Shown: positions 22,333-32,503, counted from the stretch's first letter. The stretch is DNA of 64,000 nt from Oceanispirochaeta sp. (GCA_963663385.2 CAXXXD010000003.1:1088001-1152000), one strand, 5' to 3'. Notes: generated from the letters alone by a model not told the origin. A program made the numbers and translations.

Positions 22333-23103
22333 ATGAACTTCAATAAATCAATCCTTGTTGTGCAGGCTCATCCGGATGATACGGAAGCCTGGTGCTCCGG
22401 TACGCTCAAGCTGTTAAAGGATCGTGGTTACAAGATTACCATACTTACCATGACGGCGGGAGGTATGGGCGGGATAAACTCTACCGAAGAAAAGACGGTG
22501 GAAATCAGAAAAGAGGAAGCGAGGAAGGCCGCGGCTGTCCTGGATGCGGAATATATCTGTCTGGATCAGAGAGACGGCTTTCTGTACGATACTCCTGAGA
22601 TGCGTATGGCGCTTATCAGCTGGATGAGGCGTGTAAAGGCAGGAATACTCTTTACTCATCTTCCGACGGATTATCATTCGGATCACAGGACTACCGGTCT
22701 GATAACCGAAGCGGCCGCTATGATTTCCTCTCTTCCCAATGCTCCGGTAGATGAGGCCCCTCTGGAAGTCACACCGCTTCTTTATCATACGGCGCCCATG
22801 ACACTGAGCGATCCCATCGGATCGCCTATTGCGGAACCTCATTTCTTTGTGGATATCACCGAAACCCTTGAAACAAAAATGGAAATGCTTACGCACCATG
22901 TTTCTCAGCAGGAATTGATGAAGCATATGCATAAGATGGATGATTTCTTCGGCGAAATGAAAAAATACAATGTTGAACTGGGAACCATGGTTGGAGTGCC
23001 CTATGCGGAATGCTTCTGGCAGCACCTGGGCGGCGGTTTTCAAAAAGATCCCCAGGTGCAGGATGAATTAAAAGACTACATACATAGTATAAATAGGAGA
23101 TAA
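22333..23103 (+). CDS. PIG-L/LmbE family Zn-dependent N-deacetylase
   Basis: AHPDDTE, R..EA..AA..L, DYHSDH. Confidence 0.9.
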   Translation: MNFNKSILVVQAHPDDTEAWCSGTLKLLKDRGYKITILTMTAGGMGGINSTEEKTVEIRKEEARKAAAVLDAEYICLDQRDGFLYDTPEMRMALISWMRRVKAGILFTHLPTDYHSDHRTTGLITEAAAMISSLPNAPVDEAPLEVTPLLYHTAPMTLSDPIGSPIAEPHFFVDITETLETKMEMLTHHVSQQELMKHMHKMDDFFGEMKKYNVELGTMVGVPYAECFWQHLGGGFQKDPQVQDELKDYIHSINRR

Positions 23104-23107
23104 AACA

Positions 23108-24124
23108 GTGAATTCAGACAAGAAATATCAGAAATATGCCCTTTGCCGTGAGATGCTTGAAACGGCGGATGTTGTAAAGAATTTCAAAGTTCTCAATCTT
23201 GAAACATATGCTGCGGCTGTCAGCAACGCTGATGGTGTTATGTTGACGGGTGAAGGGTCCAGCAGGATTTTTCCAGCCAAACACAGCATCACAGAATCCC
23301 ATAAAAAAGGGATGGGGAAACCCCTTTATACAGAGGGTGCTACTCAGGCTATGGAATATAATCTAAAGGATTTATGTATTATCGGTGCCTCCAATTCCGG
23401 AAAAACCAAAGAACTCATCAGACTCTTTCACAAGCTGAAAAAAGATGGTCACCAGGATCTTTTCGGCTTGACTGCTCATGAAGGCACGCCCCTTGAAGAT
23501 CTCTGTCAGGCCGTGAACGTTTTAACATGCGGAAACGAAGATGCCGTAGCGGCAACGAAAAGCGTAGCAGAACAGGCCCTTTTTATCGAGGCCGTACTGC
23601 GGGAGTCTGAAGGTCTAGGCCCCATGGATTATGCTAAGGGGGGCGAACTGATTCAGAAGGCTCTGACTCTGGATATCCCTGAGGAGGCTGTGCAGAAAAT
23701 GGCAGAGGCTGACGTCATCTGCTTTGCAGGGCGGAACAATGGTGTCGCGGAAGAGCTAACCCTCAAAACCAATGAGATTACACGTAAAAAATCGGATTTT
23801 CTGGAAGGCACATATGCCGCTCACGGGATCGAAGAAGTTATGACCGATAAAGATGTCATTGTTGTGATTGATCCCTTTGAGGAAGAAGAGGAAAAGTTTA
23901 TGGAATGCCTTCAGCAGGGAGTCGGGGTAACCCTGATTGCTGTTTCTTCCAGAAAAACAAGCTTCCCCTATAATGTTATTATACCGGAAGACAAAGAATT
24001 CAAGGACTACATCGAACTGGCTGCCGGTTGGAACCTGCTGGTTGAGACGGGATTGAAACTGGGCATTGATCTGGATAATCCTTTAAGAGCCAGAAAAGTG
24101 GGAAACGAGTTTATTCCTGCCTGA
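23108..24124 (+). CDS. Tandem SIS-domain protein (GlmS isomerase half / GlmD-like sugar-phosphate deaminase)
   Basis: TGEGSS, SNSGKTKE, AVAATKS, ELTLKTNE, HG; no glutaminase domain. Confidence 0.82.
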   Translation: MNSDKKYQKYALCREMLETADVVKNFKVLNLETYAAAVSNADGVMLTGEGSSRIFPAKHSITESHKKGMGKPLYTEGATQAMEYNLKDLCIIGASNSGKTKELIRLFHKLKKDGHQDLFGLTAHEGTPLEDLCQAVNVLTCGNEDAVAATKSVAEQALFIEAVLRESEGLGPMDYAKGGELIQKALTLDIPEEAVQKMAEADVICFAGRNNGVAEELTLKTNEITRKKSDFLEGTYAAHGIEEVMTDKDVIVVIDPFEEEEEKFMECLQQGVGVTLIAVSSRKTSFPYNVIIPEDKEFKDYIELAAGWNLLVETGLKLGIDLDNPLRARKVGNEFIPA

Positions 24125-24127
24125 CCC

Positions 24128-24580
24128 TTATTCTTCGGATGAATCCATTAGAAGGGAGTACTCGTTGCTGGAAAGGCTGGAGTGGTCCTCTCTGGGATCA
24201 TCCATATTGCTTCGGATCTCTTTCCTGATAGTCTGAATATCCTGAAGGTGCTTTGCCATCCGGCGTTTCAGATCAGGGAAGCGGTCCTGATCTTCTTCGC
24301 TGAAAAATACGGTTCTTTCAAGAACATCCTCTTCCAGTTCGGTCAGTCTCTTTTTCAGCTTCTGTATAGAAAAGAGGTAGTCCTTTCTGCGTATAAGGAA
24401 TGTATTATTCTGCAGAAGATCATAATGACGAGTGAGCATATCATCAACAAAGAAAAGATCGGTCATGAATTTGGACGCAAAAAAGTCCTTATCAATGGAA
24501 AGTTTCAATCCATTTCTCAGTCTGGTTATATCAGTAAGAAGATAAAAAAGGTTGTCTTCATAATGAACTTTCTCACTCAT
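24128..24580 (-). CDS. Hypothetical helical protein
   Basis: 150-aa ORF with AGGAG RBS, divergent from rpsF. Confidence 0.75.
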   Translation of the reverse strand: MSEKVHYEDNLFYLLTDITRLRNGLKLSIDKDFFASKFMTDLFFVDDMLTRHYDLLQNNTFLIRRKDYLFSIQKLKKRLTELEEDVLERTVFFSEEDQDRFPDLKRRMAKHLQDIQTIRKEIRSNMDDPREDHSSLSSNEYSLLMDSSEE

Positions 24581-24633
24581 ACGGTTTTACTCCTTCCTAT
24601 ATTTTTTATGTTTCGGCATAATGGGAAGTTACC

Positions 24634-24662
24634 TTGACATCTATTAAGCATTATGCTATTTT
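24634..24662 (+). promoter_or_regulatory. sigma70 promoter of rpsF operon
   Basis: TTGACA-17-TATTTT with extended -10 TG. Confidence 0.65.
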
Positions 24663-24668
24663 TTCACA

Positions 24669-24717
24669 GCCTCTTTATTTGCTCTGTAGGAGTAAATCAA
24701 TAAGTCCACAAGGAGGA
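24669..24717 (+). ncRNA. S6:S18-type ribosomal leader (cis-regulatory)
   Basis: CCTCTTT pairs with AAGGAGG (SD), enclosing hairpin ATTTGCTC-TGTAG-GAGTAAAT and an AGTCCAC loop. Confidence 0.55.
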
Positions 24718-24721
24718 TAAT

Positions 24722-25003
24722 ATGAGATCCTACGAATTTACTGCCGTATTCCGCGTAAAAGAAGATAACTATACTACCGGAATGAAAGCTGTCAAAGACA
24801 TTTTTCAGAAACACGGCGTCACCATTGCTTCTGAAGAAGATATGGGTGACAGACTGCTTGCGTATCCCGTCAACAAAGAAGAACGTGGTCACTACCACCT
24901 TTTCAATATTGAAGCTGATCCCGCAGGAATCCTTAAGATTGAAGAAGCTCTCAAACTTACAACTGAACTTCTTAAATATCTCTTCGTAAAAAACGAAAAA
25001 TAA
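24722..25003 (+). CDS. rpsF: 30S ribosomal protein S6
   Basis: MRSYE, MGDRLLAYPV, G.Y. Confidence 0.95.
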   Translation: MRSYEFTAVFRVKEDNYTTGMKAVKDIFQKHGVTIASEEDMGDRLLAYPVNKEERGHYHLFNIEADPAGILKIEEALKLTTELLKYLFVKNEK

Positions 25004-25019
25004 AACCTAAGGAGTTCCC

Positions 25020-25514
25020 ATGGCAGAAGATTTAAATCGAGTCATACTGGTAGGGCGCCTTACGCGTGATGCCGAACTGCAATATACCAGCAGCGGCTGG
25101 GCCATTCTGAAAATGGGCCTGGCATGTAACCGCAGAAGAAAACAGGGAGATCAATGGGTTGATGAGGCAAACTTCTTTGATGTCACTCTTTTTGGAAAAC
25201 GGGGCGAAACCCTGAGTCAGTACCTTCAGAAAGGGCAGCAGGTAGCTGTGGAAGGACAGTTGAAACAGGACCGCTGGGAACAGGATGGCATGAAACGAAG
25301 CAAGGTTGTTATCGAAGCCAGCAATATTCAGCTTCTGGGCGGACGCAATGACCGGCAGGGAGGAGATTACTCCTATCAGGGTCAGCAAGCCCCGCAGATG
25401 CAACAGGGAACACCTGCCAATAGAAACTCTCAACCTTTCGAGTCTTATAATCCTGGTCCGTCCAGACCGGATTCAGGACCTGCAGAACGGTTTGAGGATG
25501 ACATTCCATTCTAA
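25020..25514 (+). CDS. ssb: Single-stranded DNA-binding protein
   Basis: [24 protein letters not shown]-terminal DDIPF. Confidence 0.97.
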   Translation: MAEDLNRVILVGRLTRDAELQYTSSGWAILKMGLACNRRRKQGDQWVDEANFFDVTLFGKRGETLSQYLQKGQQVAVEGQLKQDRWEQDGMKRSKVVIEASNIQLLGGRNDRQGGDYSYQGQQAPQMQQGTPANRNSQPFESYNPGPSRPDSGPAERFEDDIPF

Positions 25515-25528
25515 AACAGGAGAAAAAC

Positions 25529-25828
25529 ATGTCTGAAGAAACTAATGTGTCAGAAGAGGCTGTAAGCCAGGATAGATCTGAGAGATCCGATAGATCCTCC
25601 GGTCCCAGACCGAGAAGAACTTACTATAAGAAAAAAGTTTGTAAGTTCTGTACCAATAAAATTGAAGTAGATTATAAAAAACCCGATTCACTGAGACGAT
25701 TTATCACTGAAAGAGGAAAAATCCTTCCAAGAAGAATCACCGGCACCTGTGCCAAGCATCAGAGAATGCTGACTACTGAAATTAAAAGATCCAGAGCCCT
25801 TGCTCTGCTTCCTTTTGTAACAAAATAA
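25529..25828 (+). CDS. rpsR: 30S ribosomal protein S18 (Zn-binding C+ type)
   Basis: [23 protein letters not shown]. Confidence 0.97.
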   Translation: MSEETNVSEEAVSQDRSERSDRSSGPRPRRTYYKKKVCKFCTNKIEVDYKKPDSLRRFITERGKILPRRITGTCAKHQRMLTTEIKRSRALALLPFVTK

Positions 25829-25837
25829 GGAAGATTT

Positions 25838-26800
25838 GTGAATCAGAAAGAGTTACGGAGTGTAATCGGAACATCCATAACAGTTGCTGTTATGTACAAC
25901 CTCGGTTTTCTATCCCTCTTTTATGCTATTCCCCTGCAGCTGGCTGCATTAAGGGGCGATAAAAGGTTTTATATTTCCGTTTCTCTTTTGTCATCAGTGA
26001 TGATTCTGACAGTACGTTTTGTACTTTTAGCTGCAGCAGAATTTTCAGAACTCTTTTTGCTGGATATCGCTGTAGTTACGGTCGTTGCAGCTGCTATGTA
26101 TATAGCCAATTATATTCTATTCGGCTATTCTGTTCCTGTTCGAATGGGGATGATAACAGCTGCTCTTGGAATCCTGCTTCTTGCTGCTATTCCCTTTTCG
26201 GGAGTTGTAGATACGCAGTTTTCTTTGACCCTGGAAAAGATGAGCCGTTTGGCCAGTTCCCTCTCTCTTGCGGGAGGTCCGGATGGCTCAATGGCAATAC
26301 AGGGTGCAACCCTTAATCTTATGATTAAGGATATGTTCGGTCGTTCCGTGTTGGCCGTATTCTTCTTTTTTATGATTTACACATGGTGGAGCAGTTCACG
26401 CCTGTTTCTCCGTATGGTGAAGGGTAGAAAGAAGGATCAGAACAGCGGGAATTGGGATTTTCCCGAACAGGCGGTCTGGCTGCTGTTCATCCCCCTGACG
26501 CTGGTATTGGCGGAAAGGTTATTGAATCAGTCGGGAGTGTTTCTGTTGAGGGGGATACCGGCTTATGTCGTCTCAAATCTGCTGTTTATTATGAGCGGTT
26601 TGTATGGAATACGGGGGATAAAAATCATTCTGCAGTTTATTCGCAGATGGAATATTCCCCGGCAGATGAATCTGCTGTTGATACTGATGCTGGGAATGCT
26701 GATTGCTGTTCCCGGAGTGAATCTGATACTTTTGGTAATCGTTGCAGGGCTTGGTGTATCCGAGCTCTGGGTAAACTACAGAATATTTGACAAGGAGTAA
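25838..26800 (+). CDS. DUF2232/YybS-like membrane protein
   Basis: Polytopic; typical position between rpsR and rplI. Confidence 0.75.
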   Translation: MNQKELRSVIGTSITVAVMYNLGFLSLFYAIPLQLAALRGDKRFYISVSLLSSVMILTVRFVLLAAAEFSELFLLDIAVVTVVAAAMYIANYILFGYSVPVRMGMITAALGILLLAAIPFSGVVDTQFSLTLEKMSRLASSLSLAGGPDGSMAIQGATLNLMIKDMFGRSVLAVFFFFMIYTWWSSSRLFLRMVKGRKKDQNSGNWDFPEQAVWLLFIPLTLVLAERLLNQSGVFLLRGIPAYVVSNLLFIMSGLYGIRGIKIILQFIRRWNIPRQMNLLLILMLGMLIAVPGVNLILLVIVAGLGVSELWVNYRIFDKE

Positions 26801-26804
26801 ATCC

Positions 26805-27266
26805 ATGAAGATTATATTGAGTCAGGACATTGCCAACCTTGGTGAAGAGGGCGATATCAAAGTCGTAGCCGACGGATATGCCAGAAATTTTCTCTTTCCC
26901 CAGAAGATGGCTGTTGCTTACAATAAACAGAACCTGAATATGTTCGAGCAGAAAAAGCTTGCTATTGAAAAGAGAAAAGAAGAAAAAAGAAAGGACGCCA
27001 TGGGCCTGAAAGAGCGCCTGGCCGGTGAAGAGATTACAATAACCATGCCTGCCGGAGAAAAAGGCAAGCTTTTCGGTGCTGTAACTTCTTCTTCCATCTC
27101 TGAAGAGCTGGCAAAAATCGGTTTGACCGTAGAAAAAAAGAAAATTGAAGTTCCCGAGAACTCAATCAAACTGGTTGGTTCCTATACAGTTAAAGTTAAA
27201 CTCTACGGTGGTGAGGTTGCTGATCTGAAAGTAACTGTAAACGCCGCAGAAAAAGCTGCTGAATAA
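26805..27266 (+). CDS. rplI: 50S ribosomal protein L9
   Basis: MKIIL..D...LG..G, VADGYARNFLFP, GKLFGAVT; ATG 26805 after AAGGAG. Confidence 0.97.
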   Translation: MKIILSQDIANLGEEGDIKVVADGYARNFLFPQKMAVAYNKQNLNMFEQKKLAIEKRKEEKRKDAMGLKERLAGEEITITMPAGEKGKLFGAVTSSSISEELAKIGLTVEKKKIEVPENSIKLVGSYTVKVKLYGGEVADLKVTVNAAEKAAE

Positions 27267-27277
27267 TAAGGAATTTC

Positions 27278-28615
27278 ATGAATTCAATATCCTTAAAGGA
27301 TAAGTTGCCCCCATACAATGAAGAAGCGGAAGCTGCTGTACTGGGGGCTCTTCTTATTAATTTTTCCCTCGATTCCCTGGATATGGTCCGTCAGTATCTG
27401 AGAGCGGGAGATTTCTTTAAAACAGCTCACCAGAAGATATTTCAATCTATTGAAAATCTTGAAAAAAAAGGTTCCGGTGTAGACCTCCTGACTGTTACGG
27501 AGCAGCTGAAGGCGGATGCTCTTCTGGAAAAATCCGGCGGTGTGGGGTATATCGCAGAATTAACCTCTTCTGTTCCGAGTACGGCCAATATAGAGTACTA
27601 TTCGAAGATTGTGCAGGATTGCAGTATCCGCAGAAAACTTCTTAATATCGGCGGGGAAATCCATGCCCAGGCACATGATGATTCCCGTGAAACCGATGAA
27701 ATCTTAGAGGATATTGAGCGTAAAATTTTTGAAATTAACGATCAACGCTCCATTGACTCTATGAAGTCAGCCGGTGAAGTTATTAAAGATGCCATTTATG
27801 CTATAGAACAGAGGTACTCCCAGAAAGGGGATTTTACAGGTATCCCTTCGGGATTTGACGAACTGGATGCCATGACTACAGGTTTCCAGAAGTCTGAGAT
27901 GATTGTAATCGGAGCCCGGCCTTCTGTTGGTAAAACTGCTTTTGCCCTTACATTGGCTGCCAATGTAGCAATCAAGAACAGGATAAACTGTGGTTTTTTT
28001 ACTCTTGAAATGACAACCCTATCGGTAATGCAGAGGCTTTTATCCATACAGGCTAATATCAACTCTAATAAAATTCGAACAGGTTTGCTGAAACCCTCGG
28101 ATTTTAACAGTATAACAGATGCAGCCAGTCATATTTATGAAGCTCCCTTGTGGATCGATGATACACCGAATATGAAACTACTTGATCTCCGTTCCCAGGC
28201 TCGAAAAATGGTAAGTAAGCATGGTGTAAAAATCATATTCATTGACTACCTGGGGCTTATCACATTTGAAGATAAACGAATTCCCCGGCATGAACAGATG
28301 TCGGAAGTCAGTCGATCTTTGAAGGCGCTTGCAAGAGAACTGGATGTTCCAATTATTGCTCTTTCCCAGGTCGGTCGTCAGACCGAAGGAAAGGCTCCCG
28401 GTCTTGCTGACCTGAGGGAATCCGGAGCCATTGAGCAGGATGCGGACATGGTAATGTTCCTTCATCGCGACAGAGGTATTGATAATGACGGCGGACCGCC
28501 CGATAATATAGAAACAGAGTTAATTGTGGCCAAACAGAGAAACGGCCCTGTGGGAACAGTAAAAATGGCTTTCATACCCCATTATACAAAATTTGTTCCT
28601 TTAGCTCATACCTGA
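27278..28615 (+). CDS. dnaB: Replicative DNA helicase
   Basis: ARPSVGKT, IDYLGL, LSQ, DLRESGAIEQDAD, KQRNGPVG; no intein. Confidence 0.97.
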   Translation: MNSISLKDKLPPYNEEAEAAVLGALLINFSLDSLDMVRQYLRAGDFFKTAHQKIFQSIENLEKKGSGVDLLTVTEQLKADALLEKSGGVGYIAELTSSVPSTANIEYYSKIVQDCSIRRKLLNIGGEIHAQAHDDSRETDEILEDIERKIFEINDQRSIDSMKSAGEVIKDAIYAIEQRYSQKGDFTGIPSGFDELDAMTTGFQKSEMIVIGARPSVGKTAFALTLAANVAIKNRINCGFFTLEMTTLSVMQRLLSIQANINSNKIRTGLLKPSDFNSITDAASHIYEAPLWIDDTPNMKLLDLRSQARKMVSKHGVKIIFIDYLGLITFEDKRIPRHEQMSEVSRSLKALARELDVPIIALSQVGRQTEGKAPGLADLRESGAIEQDADMVMFLHRDRGIDNDGGPPDNIETELIVAKQRNGPVGTVKMAFIPHYTKFVPLAHT

Positions 28616-28639
28616 TATTATTAAGTGGGAGGTCGTACA

Positions 28640-28939
28640 ATGAATTTTGAAGAAACCTATGGGTTGGATGAAATAAAAAATGAAGTGGAAGAAGTAGCTT
28701 TTCAGGAGCTGGAGACACAGCTTAATAATATATCTGACGAAGATATATGTAAATGTAAGGACTGTGTCCAGGATATGGCTTGTTTTGCACTGAATCAGAT
28801 TAAACCCCGGTATACAGTCTCCCTGCTAGGAAGTTTGTACACCAGAGCGGAAACCGATTCCCTTTTGGATGATATAAGGGAAGTTGTGGCTCTGTCAATT
28901 GAAAAAATCAGTCAGAATCCGCTGCATAGTAAATCCTGA
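28640..28939 (+). CDS. ComFB-domain protein
   Basis: CKCKDCVQDMACFALNQIKPRY and terminal NPLH signature; ATG 28640 after GGAGG. Confidence 0.85.
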   Translation: MNFEETYGLDEIKNEVEEVAFQELETQLNNISDEDICKCKDCVQDMACFALNQIKPRYTVSLLGSLYTRAETDSLLDDIREVVALSIEKISQNPLHSKS

Positions 28940-28950
28940 CTTTAAGTTAT

Positions 28951-29002
28951 TTAAAAAAAAGGGTGATTGATCCTATAGGATTTAAGTCACCCTTTTTTTT
29001 AA
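28951..29002. terminator. Bidirectional intrinsic terminator
   Basis: TTA8GGGTGA...TCACCCT8AA between convergent genes. Confidence 0.85.
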
Positions 29003-29022
29003 AAGAATCTGATATAGGTATT

Positions 29023-31155
29023 CTAATTCTGTCTGACAATAATACAACTGTTTCTGACTGATCTTGTGGTGTTGCTTTGAAAAGTATTTAAGAAATCAGA
29101 AGCTGAAGAAGAACTTATATAAGGTTTGGCTTCCTGACCGGGGATGGCAATCCAGGAATTGTCTTCCATCAGGTAGAAGTCCAGAATTATCCTTTCGGTA
29201 CGGGGATTGAAAAGAGAAAGGGATCCGTCGGTATTCAGTATATAGAGCAGAGAGTTATGATAAAAAATCTTTTCTATATTTTTATCATAATCCCAGATCT
29301 TTTTCCGTGAGCCTGAAATACGTATGATATCCCGTCCGGTTATCGTTCCATAGAGAGTGGGAGTGTAGGAACTGGTATCGGCTGTGAAGATCGCATCTAT
29401 CCATTCTCCTGTACGGAGAAAAACAGTACTGACGCTGGAAGGATTGTTGATGCTGTGACTTTGTATACTGGTTTCTACAGTATTATTCCCTTTATTCGCT
29501 AAACCAATGGTAAAAGTCCGGTTACTGTCAGGCAGGGACAGAATATCATAAACTAAAAAACGATCATCCTGCAGGGGGATGATCTCTCCCGTATCTGTCT
29601 GTACGGTAAACATGGGATTCCTTCCGGATTTCATTAAAGATTTTCCTCCCAGAAGGGTGGAATCATTGAGAAAATTCAGACTTACCATTCCCAGTGCGGA
29701 AAATTGGAAATCCCTGATTCCAGTATGAATATTATTCAGGGATGCTTCACCGCTGTTTTCAAGAACCAGAACCTGGTCATTGCGGACATGAAGTTGATTC
29801 AGAGCGGATTCGAAACTATAGTTACTGTTTAAAATGGCATTATTGTCCGGGCTGTAAATGACATAGCCTTTTTCAACACTGTTCCTGGTCCATATAATCA
29901 TTTTTTCGGAGTCTACGGCTTCAATTTCCGAATCACCCGGCAGGGGACTGTCCTGGCGGGTAATATTCAGGTCTGAAAATCCTCTAAGAGAGGTGTCGCT
30001 GCCGGTAAAATGACTACTCTGGAGTCTTGTCAAACTTTTATCGGACAGGATAAAGAGGGAGTCATCCATAAAGTTCAGATCCTTCAGGTCGGAAATAAGA
30101 TTTTTCTTGAATACTGCGGGGCGCAGTGTTTCGCTGTCAATTTCCCAGATTTTACCGGTAGTATCCGCCAGAAAGAGCCGTCTGCCGGTTAATCTGGAAT
30201 CTGTGAGATTGCCGCTTAAACTAAAATATTCCGTACTGTTCTGAAGGGACTCCGCTAAACCGAGAGTTTCCGTTTGCCCGAGGAAGGAACCGATTTCCAT
30301 AGGAGAGAAGAAGGCTTCCGGGGTTTTTACCATCACAGTTTTCAATCTGCCTGTATTGGACTTTGTAATGATGGCAATATTGCCGGTATCAGGATCCACC
30401 GAAAAACTCAACATATTTTCCTGTTCAAGGGTATCCCTTACATCACCGTTTAAACGATCTATCAAAAACAGGGTTTCTGCCTTTCTGGCAACAAAATACC
30501 TCTTTCCTTCAGTTTGCAGTACTGTTATCTCTCTGAGGTCGGTCAGAGTGTCTGCTTCATTCTGAAGTGTAGATGTTCTGATATCCCAGTATTTCAGGGT
30601 TCCTGAATTGCTGTAAGTCATAACCCGGGATTCGGAACCGCCGATATAGGCATAACTGAAAAGATCGTACAGACGCTTCAGATAGCTGAAATCCCTTCCT
30701 GTCTGGCTATCCATCATGACCATGCTTGGCGAGCTGATCTTTGTTAAAAAAAGGTACTTCCCCTTTGCTGAATAGTCAAACTGAATGGGCTTGTCATTTA
30801 ATTCTCTGCTGAACAGTTCCTTGTTTTTAACCCAGTCCCATACGGCAATTTTAGTGTAGCCGGGACGGGATACCAGAATCGCAAACTGCTTTTTTTCGGG
30901 ATGAGTTTTCAGTTGTATTGTACCTTTCAAACCGGTATTGACTTGGTACACCAGTTTGTTCGTAGTCAGATCCCACACTTTAACAAGACCATTATTATCT
31001 GCGGAAATGAGGGTCTTGCAGCAATCATGGCTTACTATGGACTCTATACTGTCCTTATGTCCTGAGTCTATTATCAGTCTGGAGGAATTTTGTGTCCATG
31101 CCAGATAAGGGATAGTGAATATCATCAGAAGTAAGGCAAAACGTCTGTTCAACAT
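29023..31155 (-). CDS. Exported WD40/beta-propeller protein
   Basis: Signal peptide MLNRRFALLL; GHKDSI...SADNNGLVKVWD; repeated WD. Confidence 0.8.
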   Translation of the reverse strand: MLNRRFALLLMIFTIPYLAWTQNSSRLIIDSGHKDSIESIVSHDCCKTLISADNNGLVKVWDLTTNKLVYQVNTGLKGTIQLKTHPEKKQFAILVSRPGYTKIAVWDWVKNKELFSRELNDKPIQFDYSAKGKYLFLTKISSPSMVMMDSQTGRDFSYLKRLYDLFSYAYIGGSESRVMTYSNSGTLKYWDIRTSTLQNEADTLTDLREITVLQTEGKRYFVARKAETLFLIDRLNGDVRDTLEQENMLSFSVDPDTGNIAIITKSNTGRLKTVMVKTPEAFFSPMEIGSFLGQTETLGLAESLQNSTEYFSLSGNLTDSRLTGRRLFLADTTGKIWEIDSETLRPAVFKKNLISDLKDLNFMDDSLFILSDKSLTRLQSSHFTGSDTSLRGFSDLNITRQDSPLPGDSEIEAVDSEKMIIWTRNSVEKGYVIYSPDNNAILNSNYSFESALNQLHVRNDQVLVLENSGEASLNNIHTGIRDFQFSALGMVSLNFLNDSTLLGGKSLMKSGRNPMFTVQTDTGEIIPLQDDRFLVYDILSLPDSNRTFTIGLANKGNNTVETSIQSHSINNPSSVSTVFLRTGEWIDAIFTADTSSYTPTLYGTITGRDIIRISGSRKKIWDYDKNIEKIFYHNSLLYILNTDGSLSLFNPRTERIILDFYLMEDNSWIAIPGQEAKPYISSSSASDFLNTFQSNTTRSVRNSCIIVRQN

Positions 31156-31156
31156 A

Positions 31157-32503
31157 TTATTTCCTCGAAAAAAATAGAATATCATTCATGGTTGCAAAAA
31201 TAATCAGTCCGAACACCAGAAAAGTGCCCAGCAGCTGATACCTGTATATTGCTTGAGGATTGGGTTTCCGTCTGAAAATACCCTCAATCAGAAATAAAAT
31301 GATCTGTCCGCCGTCCAGTACGGGAATGGGCAGAAGGTTCATAACGCAGAGGGCAACATTAATCAGAGCAATAAACCGGAAAAAAGTCAGAAACCCTTCT
31401 CCCATACTGTTTCTGAAACCGGAAAAAGCCAGATCTCCAGTCAGATAGGTTATTCTCAGTGGACCGGATACGGCTGACTGCAGGTCTATTCCCCGGAAAA
31501 GAAGGGCAATCCCCTTGATTGATGAAATCAGAGTATGAGCTGTCTCAGAGAATCCATCTTTCAGCGAGAGAAAAAAATTCCCGCTCTGTGTTCTTGATTC
31601 TATAAAATCGTACTGAATTCCCGGATCGCTGATTTTTACAGCTTCCGGAAGAACGAACTCTTTTCTCTGTCCTTCTCGTATAACAGCAAAACTTTCCAGA
31701 GGATTACGGTCAATAATGGACGATAGCTGTACGGCATGGTAAATATCAATTCCATTTATTTGCTGAAATCTATCCCCGGGTAGAACTCCCTGTGAATTAA
31801 AGAGAGAGGTTTCCGAGAGTTTACGGACTACAGGTTCTATCCAGGGATAAATGCCTACATACCCGGATCCGGACTGTAAATTTAATTCAGGAACGATTTC
31901 CAGGGATCTTTCTGCTCCTTCCCGTTCAATTGTCAGCATAAGAGTTTCTTCGGGATTTAGGGAAACCTCCTTCTGTAACTGATCAAATCGGTAAATTCCT
32001 TTTGAATTAACAGACCGGACAATGTCACCTGTTTTAAGACCGCTCAAGTTGGCCGGGTAGTCGGCCCTATCCGTATATTCCGAGGCCAGAACTATGCGGG
32101 AAGGGTAGTAGTAAATATTATAGCCAATAAGCCCTATAAAGAAGAAAATCAAAACCGCAGATATCAGATTCATCAGTGGACCGCTCAGGGAAACAAGGAT
32201 TCTCTTCCACCAGGAGGCCGCATACATATCGCCTTCAGAACTTTCAACTTCTCTTGCATGAGTTTCCCAGGCCTGTATAAGAGCCTGTTCTCCCTGCATC
32301 TTGCAATAGCCTCCCAGAGGAATCAGGGACAGACGGAATTCCGTATCACCCCACATCCTGCGATAAAGTATTTTACCCCATCCAATGGAAAAAGCTTCAA
32401 CTTTTATACCGGACATTCTGGCTGCAACGAAATGACCCGCTTCATGAATTACCACAACAAGGGACAGCCCCAGAAGTCCAAATATGATTTTCAAAAGTAT
32501 CAT
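31157..32503 (-). CDS. rseP: RIP metalloprotease RseP
   Basis: HEAGH, PLGGYCKM, GPLMN, PDZ, NLLPIPVLDGG. Confidence 0.95.
   Translation of the reverse strand: MILLKIIFGLLGLSLVVVIHEAGHFVAARMSGIKVEAFSIGWGKILYRRMWGDTEFRLSLIPLGGYCKMQGEQALIQAWETHAREVESSEGDMYAASWWKRILVSLSGPLMNLISAVLIFFFIGLIGYNIYYYPSRIVLASEYTDRADYPANLSGLKTGDIVRSVNSKGIYRFDQLQKEVSLNPEETLMLTIEREGAERSLEIVPELNLQSGSGYVGIYPWIEPVVRKLSETSLFNSQGVLPGDRFQQINGIDIYHAVQLSSIIDRNPLESFAVIREGQRKEFVLPEAVKISDPGIQYDFIESRTQSGNFFLSLKDGFSETAHTLISSIKGIALLFRGIDLQSAVSGPLRITYLTGDLAFSGFRNSMGEGFLTFFRFIALINVALCVMNLLPIPVLDGGQIILFLIEGIFRRKPNPQAIYRYQLLGTFLVFGLIIFATMNDILFFSRK

Noticed and set aside
27278..28615. Intein in DnaB
   Set aside because: 445 aa with contiguous motifs.
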